A stretch of DNA of 64,000 nucleotides from Octopus sinensis (taxonomy: Eukaryota): the NCBI RefSeq assembly GCF_006345805.1, contig NC_042999.1:119846001-119910000 (forward strand), written 5' to 3'. Made by a program: the position numbers and the translations under genes. This document shows positions 50,857 to 62,117 of the stretch, one piece after another; positions within the stretch are counted from its first letter, which is position 1; each line of letters opens with the position of its first letter. The notes beneath the pieces were generated by a model, which did no database searches, was not told the origin of the DNA, and was given only the letters and a program-made list of their open reading frames with translations.

Positions 50857-51646
50857 GTTTTAGAAATTTGTCGATGAGTAGGGTACATTAGCAGTAAGAG
50901 ACTCAGTGTCAGTCGATTGTTCAGTGTGTGAGAATGTGACTCTTTGTCGGCCAAGTATATGAAATGTGTTTCCCAATAACTGTGCGATGGTTTATAAAGG
51001 AGTAAATTATTTATACAATACATCATAAAATAGTGATATGCTACAGAATGAAAACCTGATGTGTTAGCAATCAATGGATGCCATACTTGAAATTATTATC
51101 TCAAAATTAACTAATAACAACCACAAAACCTTAAGTCAGCAAATAATGTGTTGACCAGTGTAATCTGTTAACATGTAATGACAGCATGAACATTTAAACA
51201 ATTAGTATGACAAACACTAGTTTAAAAGTCTAACATTTACGAAGTGCAGCCTTGAGCATAGACCTATAATTCCCGACTGAAAATAATAAATATTGCTGTG
51301 AATATCAGAATTCGTTAAGTCATTGCCAATGTTTGGGTAATTTTCCTGAATTATATTTCACAAAAATAGTTTGAAGATATGAACATATTCCAACATACCC
51401 TATTTTATAATGCTCATTTAAGATATTAGTGATTTCTTAGCACTTGCTAACCTAAATCAGCATAGCAGCTTGCACAAGTGCACTATATATTTTCTCTTTA
51501 GATTTAGAAATTATTAGCAGTAACATGTCAAATGGAGTTATGTATATTAAGAAGGTGAAACTGCAGTAAATATGAAAACTTCGTTATCCTGCCGAGAAGT
51601 AAGGTATATTCTTCGTTGTTTATTTTTCAGTAATGTTATGTGGTTT

Positions 51647-52073
51647 GAAGGCGGCGTGCAAGCAAAATAGTAGTACGCTGAGCAAAATGCTCAAGGGAAT
51701 TTCATCCGTCTTTACGCTTTTAATTCAAATTTCTCCGGGCCCAACTTTGCCTTTCGTCCTTTCAGATCAAGGAAATAAGCACTAGGTGAGCATTAGGGTC
51801 GATTTAATCGACTTATTCTACTCCCATACGCAACTGCTGTCTTTGTGTCAAAATTTGAAACAGATATTTATATGTGCATTGAGGACGGCGAGCTGGCAGT
51901 ATCGTTTACATGTCATTCAGCGTTACAATCTCAGTTCAAATTCCGAAAAGGTTGGCTTTACCTTCCATCCTTTCGGGTGCAATAAACTAGGTACCAATTG
52001 AGTAATGGGATCGATGTAATCAGCTTAACCCTTCCTTTGAACTTCCTGGTCTTGTGCCAAAATTTAAAGCCAA
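51647..52073 (+). mobile_element. Two old family A-like SINEs in tandem (51647-51862, 51881-52073)
   Basis: GGCG..head, TTCAAATT, CTTTGCCTTTC.TCCTTTC, GTCGAT.TAATCG, tail CCAAAATTT. Confidence 0.7.
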
Positions 52074-53779
52074 TATTGTGTGCGCTTTGAACATATAAAT
52101 ATATAGTGTGAAATGAATAGTTACTTTTATGTATTATCAAAATGACCATCCCCAAATATATAAATAGTCTTTTCTCAGAAGTTGAAAACAGCTCACCATC
52201 TCCCTAATTAAAAGATAAATAATACTATATATTCTCTCTGATTCTATATTTTCTAATCTATAATTATGAGATGAAAATTGATAGTTTGTTGCACAGTAAC
52301 AATATTTACGCTGCATCTTCAATTGACAACGACCTCTAACTATTCATTATATATGTTGTTTAGTGCTTCAATGTGGACACAGTTTCCTTTTTTGTCATTG
52401 CATTCTGTAGTAAATAACTATTATCGCAACTTATAACTGAGTCACTTTAGAATTTCCTGAACTCATATGCATTTTCAATAATGTTTCAATAGTAACGAAA
52501 ATTATATGAAATTATATTTCTGATACCGAGGTTTTCGAAACATTTATCACAACGTACTTAATATGCATTATAGCCGTTTATACGATTGCATAAGTGTTCA
52601 TCATATTACTCGGAAGATATTAAATAACTGACGAGCGTTTAACCATATTCACGTTCAACGACAAAACCAGCAACATTAGTACAATGCGACGCATTTTACA
52701 ATTAACCTAGATGAATTTATGAATAGATCGAGGAATTTAGAATGATAAGAAAAATAAATCTCAAACATTTGCAATTATAATTAGTGTTGATGGCTATATA
52801 AGTATAGCACTAGAAACGTATTTGCATTCAGTAATAAGGATTTTGTCACTTATGCTAAATATTCGGATTCCGCAGAAAAATTTAGGCTTAATTTTACCAA
52901 ATGAACTATCAATAACTTTAAAAAGTCTCTTATCTTATATTAACTAACACATTTATTTTTACTGATATAAATTGAGGTAATGCATTTTGGCGAAACTTTA
53001 AATACTTCCTTATCTTTTACTCCTATTTCTCCAGCTACAAGATAACACAACATTTACAAGTATGCATAAACTCAATGTCATGTATGCACATCACTTCCTG
53101 GCGTGTGAAAACTATAGACCGAAATCTTCACACATTTGATCTGTATCGTTAGTCGAAACGTCTTTTAGGATTTCTTATTCTATTTCTTAATCTTGTTTCA
53201 TTGATGTGTTTGCACATAAAGTATGTGAATGAATTATTTTATGCTACTGCTTCCGACTGAGTTTCAACTGGTGCTGCTACCATAATTTCTGTTTTCGTTT
53301 TTGCTGTTGCTGCTTCCTTTTAATGTTACCACAGCTGCTGAAGACATTACTGCTGCTGACATCAGAATCTTCAATTCTACTTCTCAGAAGTCCACCTAGA
53401 TAATATATAGATAATGGGAGCTTGTCAGTAATGTTTCTTAACGAAAGTTTATTGCAGAATTTTGAATAGAGGAATATGAAATAGCAAACTTGTGATTGCT
53501 GAGCAATTCAAGCTATCTCCAATCAAATATTCAATAGTTGTATTTTTCTTTTCGTAACATATTATGTCCCGATATTGGCGTGTATACCTATGTACAAAAT
53601 GTATCCGACTTATGTGAATGTATGCGACAGACGTGCGTAGTTATCTATATGGGCAACCTTACATGCTTATGTATAAGTACATTACACTTTATATAACGAC
53701 TTGCATAGTAACTCATGCATCTATTAACATTCACCATTACACTCAGAATTTTATATATATATATGGTTAATAGAAATAA

Positions 53780-53994
53780 TATTCCTTTCTAATATAAGCA
53801 CAGGGTCTGAAATTTGGAAGAGAGGACTAGTTGATTATATCGACCTCAATGTTTCACTTGTACTTAATCTATCGACCCGGAAACGCTAAAAGGCAAAGTC
53901 GACCTCGGTGGAATTTGAACTGAGAACGTAGCGATGGGAAAATACTGCTTAGTACTCCTCTCGGCATGCTAACGCTTCTGAGAGCTCACCACTT
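53780..53994 (-). mobile_element. Family A SINE
   Basis: AGGCAAAGTCGACCTCGGTGGAATTTGAAC. Confidence 0.8.
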
Positions 53995-54002
53995 TAATAA
54001 TA

Positions 54003-54065
<63 letters not shown>

Positions 54066-54111
54066 GAAGAGAAGAAGAAGAAGAAGAAGAAGAAGAAGAA
54101 GCAGGAGAAAA

Positions 54112-54153
<42 letters not shown>
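53995..54153. repeat. (AAT)n(AAG)n(TA)n compound microsatellite
   Basis: Direct reading. Confidence 0.95.
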
Positions 54154-54158
<5 letters not shown>

Positions 54159-54432
54159 CGTTTAGCAGGAGAGCAAACATTAAGGCATGACAAACATTTC
54201 AAGTCATATACAATATCATTATAGGAAGAAATTCAAAATCTTACAGCTGTTTCTGGTATATCCCCGAGTATGGGATATTTTGTCAAATAGGGAAAAATAG
54301 AGATAAATGAGTGTTCTATATATTAATAAGATGACGACAAAGAGGAAGGGAGTAAAAGAATAAGGAGGAGGATGTATATGACTTGAGATATTTGCCTTGC
54401 CTTAATGTTTGCTGTCCTGTTTAATAATTATA
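54154..54432. mobile_element. Small element with ~59-bp diverged inverted termini and an internal hammerhead 3' half
   Basis: GCAAACATTAAGGCA..CAAA.AT.TCAAGTCATATACA versus its reverse complement at 54373-54432; ATCTTACAGCTGTTTC at 54238-54253 is identical to 48031-48046. Confidence 0.65.
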
Positions 54433-56512
54433 TATCCGCTGCATCGGAAATCTGCAATGGTTCCATAACTACTGTCTCTGTAGCAATGGCTCCATAACTA
54501 CATTGGAGCCCCAGTAATCCGTTACAGCACTTACCAAGCTTATTTAATCGTTTGCATCACCTGTGAACTAAACCCCCATAATTATGTCTGTATTGTATGT
54601 ATGTATGCTTGTATACATGTATACTCCTGAAGATCACTTCTCTGAAACCAGAGAGACGTCATGAAAGTTTAATTTACAAAGTGGATTTACTGAACTTATT
54701 TTAAGTGGTTTTGCTTTACTCCAGACTCATATCTCATTCAGTGACTAACATGTTTACGTGTATCAATTATATGTACTTCGCTCCATATGACTTCTGAGTA
54801 TAAAACGTACAGTTTTGCAAACACTAAATGCATGCCTTGCTTTTCAACCATTTTGAACAAAATTGTTCTCCTCTACTTGACAGTTAACCTTTACAGAAGC
54901 GCATGTTGTTTTTCAGTTGATTCAAATGTCTCTCATTTTTGCAATTAATGTAATGGGCAAACGTTCAAAAAAGATCTCACCAATATTCATTATATTGAAA
55001 TATTAACTTCTATCTGAGGCATAATGCCAAAAGTTTTAGGGATGAATATAATCGATTATATTGATTCATGAGTTAACAGTTATTTTATAAATCTCCGAAG
55101 AAAGAAAATAAAAAACGGTCTTACTGGAATTTGAACTGATTCGAAAGTACTTCATCCACTGTTTTGCAGACTCTTATACTCCTCAAGGTTGAAATTATTT
55201 TGAAATGATATTGTGCTACCTACAACGTGTTTTGTTAATTTTTTCTAGAAGATTCTTTCCGTGGATAATATTAATTAGAGGGATCCGTGAACGTTAATGA
55301 GGAATTTATTGCGCTGTTTCTGAAAACTTTATCCAGAGACATTAAAGCGTAACCTATGTTGTGTCTGTATCAAAAGATAATCACTCCTCTGTTAATTATT
55401 GCAAAGTGATGGAAATTGGAATACGATGATTACTTAATGCACTTTATATATAAACTTTATCAAATTTATGCACAATTTTATAGACTTAATACACAGCACT
55501 CTCCTTTTTTCTCTCCCACTCTTCGCCTTACCCTCATTCTCTCTCTCCTTTTTCTTTCGCTCTTTGTCTTTCCCTTCAACTAATCACGTGAAAGCGTTAC
55601 AGACGGGCTAAATAACGGTAGAAAATGCTTAGTTCAAACTCAAAATTTAACTCATCACCTCCAAAATTTAACAAAAATCAAAATTTTACTCATCACCTCC
55701 TCTCCCTCCGCCTCCTCTTACCTATCTCTCCTCCCCTCCCAACTCTCCTCTCACACACCTTCTCTTCCCCACATCCCCATCCCGCTTCTTCAACTCCTAC
55801 TCCCACTCTTCCCTCATTCCATCACCCAATCACGTTAAAGTGTTTCGGTCGGACTAAATAACGGAGTGACACGCAGGATTATAAGATTCATACTCGTGCA
55901 ACTGATGAAACATTCGAGACGCATGAAAATTATACGAAGGCAAGCTTTCAACACAAAATTTTAATCAAAATAGCCTGTCACATCGAAGATGTTTATTCAT
56001 ATATCTCGAACTGAAGTACCGTGTATTTGTCTGATGATCACCAAGCGCGAACATGATATATGCGCGCTTATTGAGGTTTATATTTAAGCAGGAGATTATA
56101 TGAAGAGTATTTTGCTCTGTTTCCGCTCCAAAATTATGGGATATAACCCTTGGCTTTTAAATAGTTTCCATGTATGTTGAAAGGCATTATAGTGTTCCTG
56201 TACTTTTCTGTAGGTCAGCCTTGGCCAAAGAAGCCTACATCAAGTGTATTCTAGCAGTATCATCCCGTCTTGTTTAGACGTTGTACATTTATGAAAATGT
56301 TATCTTATGCATCCTTACTTTTTGCTACAGGATTATGTAATATCAGAAGGACTTGGTTGATATTTCTGGTAAATCCTACGTCTGTATGGAAGCAAACTCC
56401 TCCTTTGAAAATCCCAAGATATGCAAGTTGGGTTCACTTTCGAACTCTTATACATCGACATATCAACTGACAACAGAGATTATTTTATTTGAAACGACCT
56501 GTTCATAAAATT

Positions 56513-56525
56513 TAATATTAATAAC

Positions 56526-56586
<61 letters not shown>
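56513..56586. repeat. (AAT)n microsatellite
   Basis: Direct reading. Confidence 0.95.
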
Positions 56587-56587
<1 letters not shown>

Positions 56588-56589
56588 AG

Positions 56590-56957
56590 TTCATGCTCTG
56601 ATGCAGTACCAGGCAGTGGCTCTCATAACTTCTGATCTTAACTGATTGGAAGTGTTATCATTTACATTGTTTTGTCTTGGTATAAAAGATAGGCTACAGA
56701 AAATATTCTGCTCAATACCACAGATTTGCTTGTCAGTTGTTTTTATCTTAACCAGTTGAGCATGTCCTTTAGTGACTGACGATATATGCATCTCTGATCA
56801 CGATCTTTTGAGTTGGATGGGTTACTCGACAAGAAGAAGAAAATTCTAACTGGGCCCCACATGCAAGGTCATGTCCTGTTTATCTTGATATGAGATCACC
56901 ATGTCGTGCACATATGGTTGTAATGCATGTGCAGAGTGTACCCTTATCAGACGGGTG
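56590..56957. mobile_element. Interspersed SINE-like repeat, with a partial copy at ~10455-10520
   Basis: AAATATTCTGCTCAATACCACAGATTTGCTTGTCAGTTG is present at both loci. Confidence 0.7.
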
Positions 56958-57570
56958 TCTTCTAGCTTAAAATCAAAGACATAAAGATTTATCATAGCAG
57001 CACAAAATCAATGCCTACCTGCAAGAAGCTACCCGGCCAACAACTTGAAGAAAGGCAGTAGCCCAACATGTCGTGTATGTAAACAACAATATGAAACTAT
57101 CGATCATGTTGTCTTCATGTGCAGTCTTCTTGCACCTACAGAGTATCTCAACAGGCATGATATAGCAGGCATGAACAGGTTGTTCATGTCTGCTATATAT
57201 CTACTGGGTAATTTGTGAGGATGCAGTACCAATCAGTGTCTCTCACGGAGAAACTTTCAAAATCCAAAGAACTGGAAATAGAGGTAACTCGAATGTAGAA
57301 TCTAAAAACAGAAACAATTCCTATCATAGTGTGCGCATTAGGTATGATAAAAAATATTCAGACAAATAAATAACAAAAACACCAGGACTAAGAAATATAT
57401 ATAACATACGGAAAATAGCACTAGTAGACACCGCACACATCCTAACGTAAGACACTTTCAATACATTAACCATAAGAGCATCACAGCAAACCACAGCACA
57501 TACCTAAAGCAAGCAGAGCTGTGCTCGGTAGTGCATTGAAAGCACGTTATAAGAATACGACTACTGAATA
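56958..57570 (+). mobile_element. R4/Dong-type 3' end (CCHC knuckle, RLE tail, 3' UTR) running into (AAT)n
   Basis: FIIAAQNQCLP, CRVCKQQYETIDHVVFMC, YLNRHD, EKLSKSKELEIEVTRM, ETIPIIVCALG, TAHIL.RKTLSI*; (AAT)n at 57569-57657. Confidence 0.88.
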
Positions 57571-57584
57571 ATGATAACAATAAT

Positions 57585-57656
<72 letters not shown>

Positions 57657-57657
57657 C

Positions 57658-57818
57658 CTTTCTACTATAAGCACAAGGCCAGAAATTCGGGGGAGAGGTC
57701 AGTCACCCCAGTTTACAATTGGTACTGAGTTTATCGACGCAGAGAGGATGAAAGGCAACGTCGACCTCGGCGGAATTTGAACTCTTAATATAAAGGCAGG
57801 CGAAATGCCGCTAAGCAT
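57658..57818 (-). mobile_element. Family A SINE fragment
   Basis: GGATGAAAGGCAACGTCGACCTCGGCGGAATTTGAAC. Confidence 0.8.
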
Positions 57819-58516
57819 GTGTTTGTGTGTGCGGAAATATGTACGTCTTGCCGGAAAGAAAGCGTACATGTATGAGTCTGTAACAACTCTTGTTTGTATG
57901 AAACGAATGAATCAATGATGCGTCTGAAATATTTCCGAGATATTTCCGAGTCCAATTAATTTCGAAGAACCATAATGGAAAGAGAAAGAGAAGATAACTT
58001 CCGAAAGCATTGGAACCTTCTAGAAGCTTCAAGTATTTTCATAAAAATAGTCACATATCTAATTGCCTGTGTAGTGAACGAATTGACACAACTTAGAGAC
58101 AAACGAAGCCATAGGTGAAATTTCTTTCAGATATATAAAGCGAAAATAATAAAACAATGAATAATATTCATTACTATTGCTATCTGAAGTCAGCTCATTT
58201 TAAAGAAACGTCTAGAAGAAAATTATCAGATCGATAGAAAGAGAATATCTATTTTGAAGAAATACATCAAGCATCTAAAATAAGAAACTCTAAAAGTTGT
58301 TTGTAGAAAAATGTTTGGCTGAAAATATTAAATTACAACCAAAGAAAACGATAAAAAATGTACATTCCACAAATAAATACATCTCTTTATTGGTTATCGA
58401 ATAATGAATAATGCGGCGAGTAATTTTTTTTTTATAAATCTATGAACATATGCATGCACGTTTATATGTAGTTATATATGTCTATATGTGTATTATGTGT
58501 ATACGTGTGTCAATTA

Positions 58517-58576
<60 letters not shown>

Positions 58577-58606
58577 CTATCTATCTATCTATCTCTCTCT
58601 CTCTCT

Positions 58607-58647
<41 letters not shown>

Positions 58648-58710
58648 TCTGTCTGTGTATCTCTTTCTCTCCTTCGCTCTCTCTCACTCTCTTTCTCTCT
58701 CTGGATGTAT

Positions 58711-58765
<55 letters not shown>

Positions 58766-58773
58766 TATATATT
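58517..58773. repeat. (ATCT)n(CT)n(TA)n array
   Basis: Direct reading. Confidence 0.95.
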
Positions 58774-59240
58774 ATAGTTATCGCCATACGAATATGGCAG
58801 TCTATAAATAAGACTAAAGCTGTCGCTGATTAGCTCCAAGAGGCCATCGCCTCTAGCTAGCTATATGACATACGAACCTGCGTCCATTAGAACCTTCGAA
58901 CAGGGGAGGTCAGCCGCTTCACCTTGCTAGTCAGACATCTGCAGACATGTTTCAGGATTGTTGTCCTTTATCAATGCAGCGTAGTCAGAACCAGCAGGTG
59001 TCGCTACTGACCGTCTGTTCGAAGATTTTATTTACCTAGTTACAGTGGAATTTATCCACTTGTTTTCAATAATAGAAATATTAAAATTACTAAGTCTCTC
59101 TAAAGGAGCTTACGGCAGCGTTACTGGATATTAATAGTTATCGCCATACTAATATGGCAGTCTATAAATAAAACTAAAGCTGTCGCTGATTAGCTTCAAC
59201 AGGCCATCGCCTCTAGCTAGCTATATGACACACGAACCTG
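58774..59240 (-). mobile_element. Hammerhead-bearing 360-bp partially tandem element (retrozyme or Penelope pLTR-like)
   Basis: 107-bp direct repeats at 58774-58880 and 59134-59240 (5 mismatches); HHR at 58939-58979; 3' end abuts (TA)n. Confidence 0.85.
58939..58979 (-). ncRNA. Minimal type I hammerhead ribozyme, U3-A8 core variant
   Basis: CUGCA-UUGAUAA-AGGA(CAACAA)UCCU-GAAA-CAUG-UC-UGCAG; perfect stems I and II, palindromic ACAUGU stem III, predicted GUC cleavage after 58944. Confidence 0.8.
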
Positions 59241-59259
59241 ACGAAGATTACTCACCCAG

Positions 59260-60295
59260 TACTGTTCTGATCTTGTCTACAGAATTCATATTTTTCCGTC
59301 CAAATGGTTTTGAACACTGCAGAATAAATAATAATCAGATGGGGCAATGTCCGGCGAATATGGTGGCTGGGGTATCGTTTCCCACTCAAACTGCACCAGC
59401 TTTTGGAATGTCATCCTCACTGTATGTGGCCGAGTATTATGTGGATAGAACAACACCTTTCGTCTTGAAAGGGAATTTGGTCGTTTTTCTTCTAGCGCTG
59501 CCTTAAGCCGCTCAAGCTGCTCGCAGTAGATCACCTTTGTTATCATTTGGTTTAGGTTTAGAAGTTCAAAGTGTGCTAAACCTTTCACATCCCATCAAAC
59601 AGATAACAACACTTTACGTGGGTGAAAACCTTCTTTAGCCTGTTGTGCCGGTGTTTCCCCTTTGCTCACCCACTCTCTTCAGTTGTTGACATTTTTATAG
59701 AGAATCCATTTTTCGTCACCAGTCACTATTCCGTCCAAAAAAGAGTTCATTCGTTACACGTGGCAGCTAAGAAGAGCGCACATTCACTCTCTACGCGCGA
59801 TTAGACTCTGAAACGTTGTGAGGAAGCCATTGACCCAACTTGCTGACTTTTCCGATGTCACGCAGGTGTTGATGAATGCTTGAATGACCAAATCCAAGCT
59901 TCTCTGCTAGTTCTTCAACAGTTATTATGGGATTTTGTTCCACCAGGGTTTGCAGGACGTACTCGTCGAGCTCTACAGATCTCCCAGGCTGTAGTTTCTA
60001 GAACCACCGTTGACACTGGCTTCCACGTTAATATTCTTTGCGCTTTTCTTAGCGATGTTGCCTTTATTGAACGCATAAGGCCAATTATGCCGAATATGCT
60101 ACTTTGTCACTTCCATTATAGCTTTGAAAAAATAACTGCTAATATCGAACTGCACTCTATTGTCCTAAGAATAAGCCAAGATAAATTTACTACCTGCTTT
60201 TATAGCAAGTTGATGCAGATAGTTTGTCCTGTTCCCCTCCGAATTTTAGTTCATGCAATTGAAAAAAACGCATTATTTATGGGATGACCCAATAC
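59260..60295 (-). mobile_element. Decayed mariner element, family 2 (5' terminus present, 3' end truncated)
   Basis: Terminus TATTGGGTCATCCCATAAATAATGCG; MEVTK at 60116; IVTSDEKW-like motif; ORF 59286-59588 with YCEQLERL and PYSPDIAPSDYYLF. Confidence 0.9.
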
Positions 60296-61631
60296 ATTCA
60301 TTATATAAATCGAAACTATTGAGGTGGTTTTTAGCGTAGTGGATAATAATTTATCTTATAGGCCCAGAAATCATATAGTGTTAAGAATTTGTACGAGAAC
60401 GTTAGGTTATTCATTTTTTTAATTAAGTATATTAAGTGGCGAATGGATTAAACTGTCATCAGATGCCAATTGATATACAATTTGTATTTATTGTGTTGTA
60501 TAGTGCTAGGTGAGGCTGATCTAAAAGATCGATATAAAGAATTTTATAGGCATGAATACCCACTATATTATGTAGATATACTGTACCTAGGACGATATTA
60601 TACGATGTGTGCCACCTTTTTGTAAGACGCTAGGCTGTAATTCGTGGAAGATTTATCTGCTATTTCTAGCCTCTCGAGCGACGCATAGTGTCGTATGTAT
60701 TTTCCTCACGTGACATTATTCTTTCTCTGTTGAGAGCAGTGGAATTTTATTATATTCATTTCTTTCAGAGATAGAAAGCCTACATATTTTATTAGTGATG
60801 TAGAGTCTAGGAAGCTTGTTTAAAATGTTAGTATCAAAGATAACAATAATGCATCATGCATGATAAGCCTGCTTCTTATCTTACTAGATCAAAAAGAATG
60901 AAAGGAAACTTTTACTATGGGTGGAGTTGAATACTTAACAACCTCGACGGAATTAGATGATCTGATATGATAATTCCCTGTGCTTGAGTTACTGCCATTC
61001 CATCACCTTCGGAGTTGGAGAAAACTAATATAATGTTTATAGACTGCATGAAAATGTTTTACGTGGAGGCATCTCGCAGAGTAATACTCTATATGTAATG
61101 AGCTTGAGCTAATTCAAACTATATGTATACAAGTACAATATATGTAGTCTTGCTGACCAAGTAAAATATTCGCATCGAAATAACGATAGTTTGAAACTTT
61201 TTGTTCTTATCTGAGATTACTTAATATATTGCTGTGGTAGCGAGAAGAAACAGATCATAACTATAGAAAACGTATCGTAATTCAAGCCATTTAAGCTAAT
61301 TTGCATACCAGTGTCTCTTTGAAATACATATAGTACCTACAAGCGTAGAAACATCATGAAAATTTGCAAAACATTTCACAGTGTACGTTCTAACTTAAAT
61401 ATAATTCATAATTCCGCATAGTTTGATACTGTGTGGTTCAAGAACTTGAAATGTATTCCACGCTAATAACTTTATATATTACAAATATAACTTACGCATA
61501 AGTATACTCTACGCGTTAATGCTCAAACTATATATTAATAATAAAACCAATATATGAAGTATTTCTCAGCATCATTTCTCTCTCTCTCTCACTATCTGTC
61601 TGTCTCTCTCTGTATATATATATATATACAT

Positions 61632-61662
<31 letters not shown>

Positions 61663-61674
61663 CATATATATATG

Positions 61675-62010
61675 AAGGCGCATGGCTCAGTGGTTAGAGC
61701 GTCGAGCTTACGATCGTGAGGTTGTGAGCTCGAATCCCGGACCGGGCTGCGTGTTGTGTTCTTGAGCAAGACACTTTATTTCACGTTGCTCCAGTTCACT
61801 CAGCTGTAGAAATGAGTTGCGACGTCACGAGTGCCAAGCTGTATCGGCCTTTGCCTTTCCCTTGGATAACACTGGTGGCGTGGAGAGGGGAGGCCGGTAT
61901 GCATGGGCGACTGCTGGTCTTCCATAAACAACCATGCCCAGACTTGTGACTAGGAGGGTAACTTTCTAGGTGCAATCCCGTGGTCAGTGTCGTGACCGAA
62001 GGGGGTCCCG
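61675..62010 (+). mobile_element. Full-length family C tRNA-derived SINE
   Basis: GGCGCATGGCTCAGTGGTTAGAGCG (A box), GAGCTCGAATCCC (B box), central TTGAGCAAGACACTT domain, tail CTTTCTAGGTGCAATCCC. Confidence 0.9.
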
Positions 62011-62024
62011 GATCACACACACAT

Positions 62025-62040
62025 ATATATATATATATAT

Positions 62041-62112
<72 letters not shown>
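62025..62112. repeat. (TA)n microsatellite
   Basis: Direct reading. Confidence 0.95.

Positions 62113-62117
<5 letters not shown>

Noticed and set aside
53135-53165. GTCGAAACGTC motif
   Set aside because: No upstream CUGANGA or stem I partner
54625-54665. CTGAAGA...GAAAC...GTC
   Set aside because: Stems do not form in the hammerhead register; at most a decayed remnant
55895-55935. CTGATGA...GAAA
   Set aside because: No pairable stem II or stem I/III
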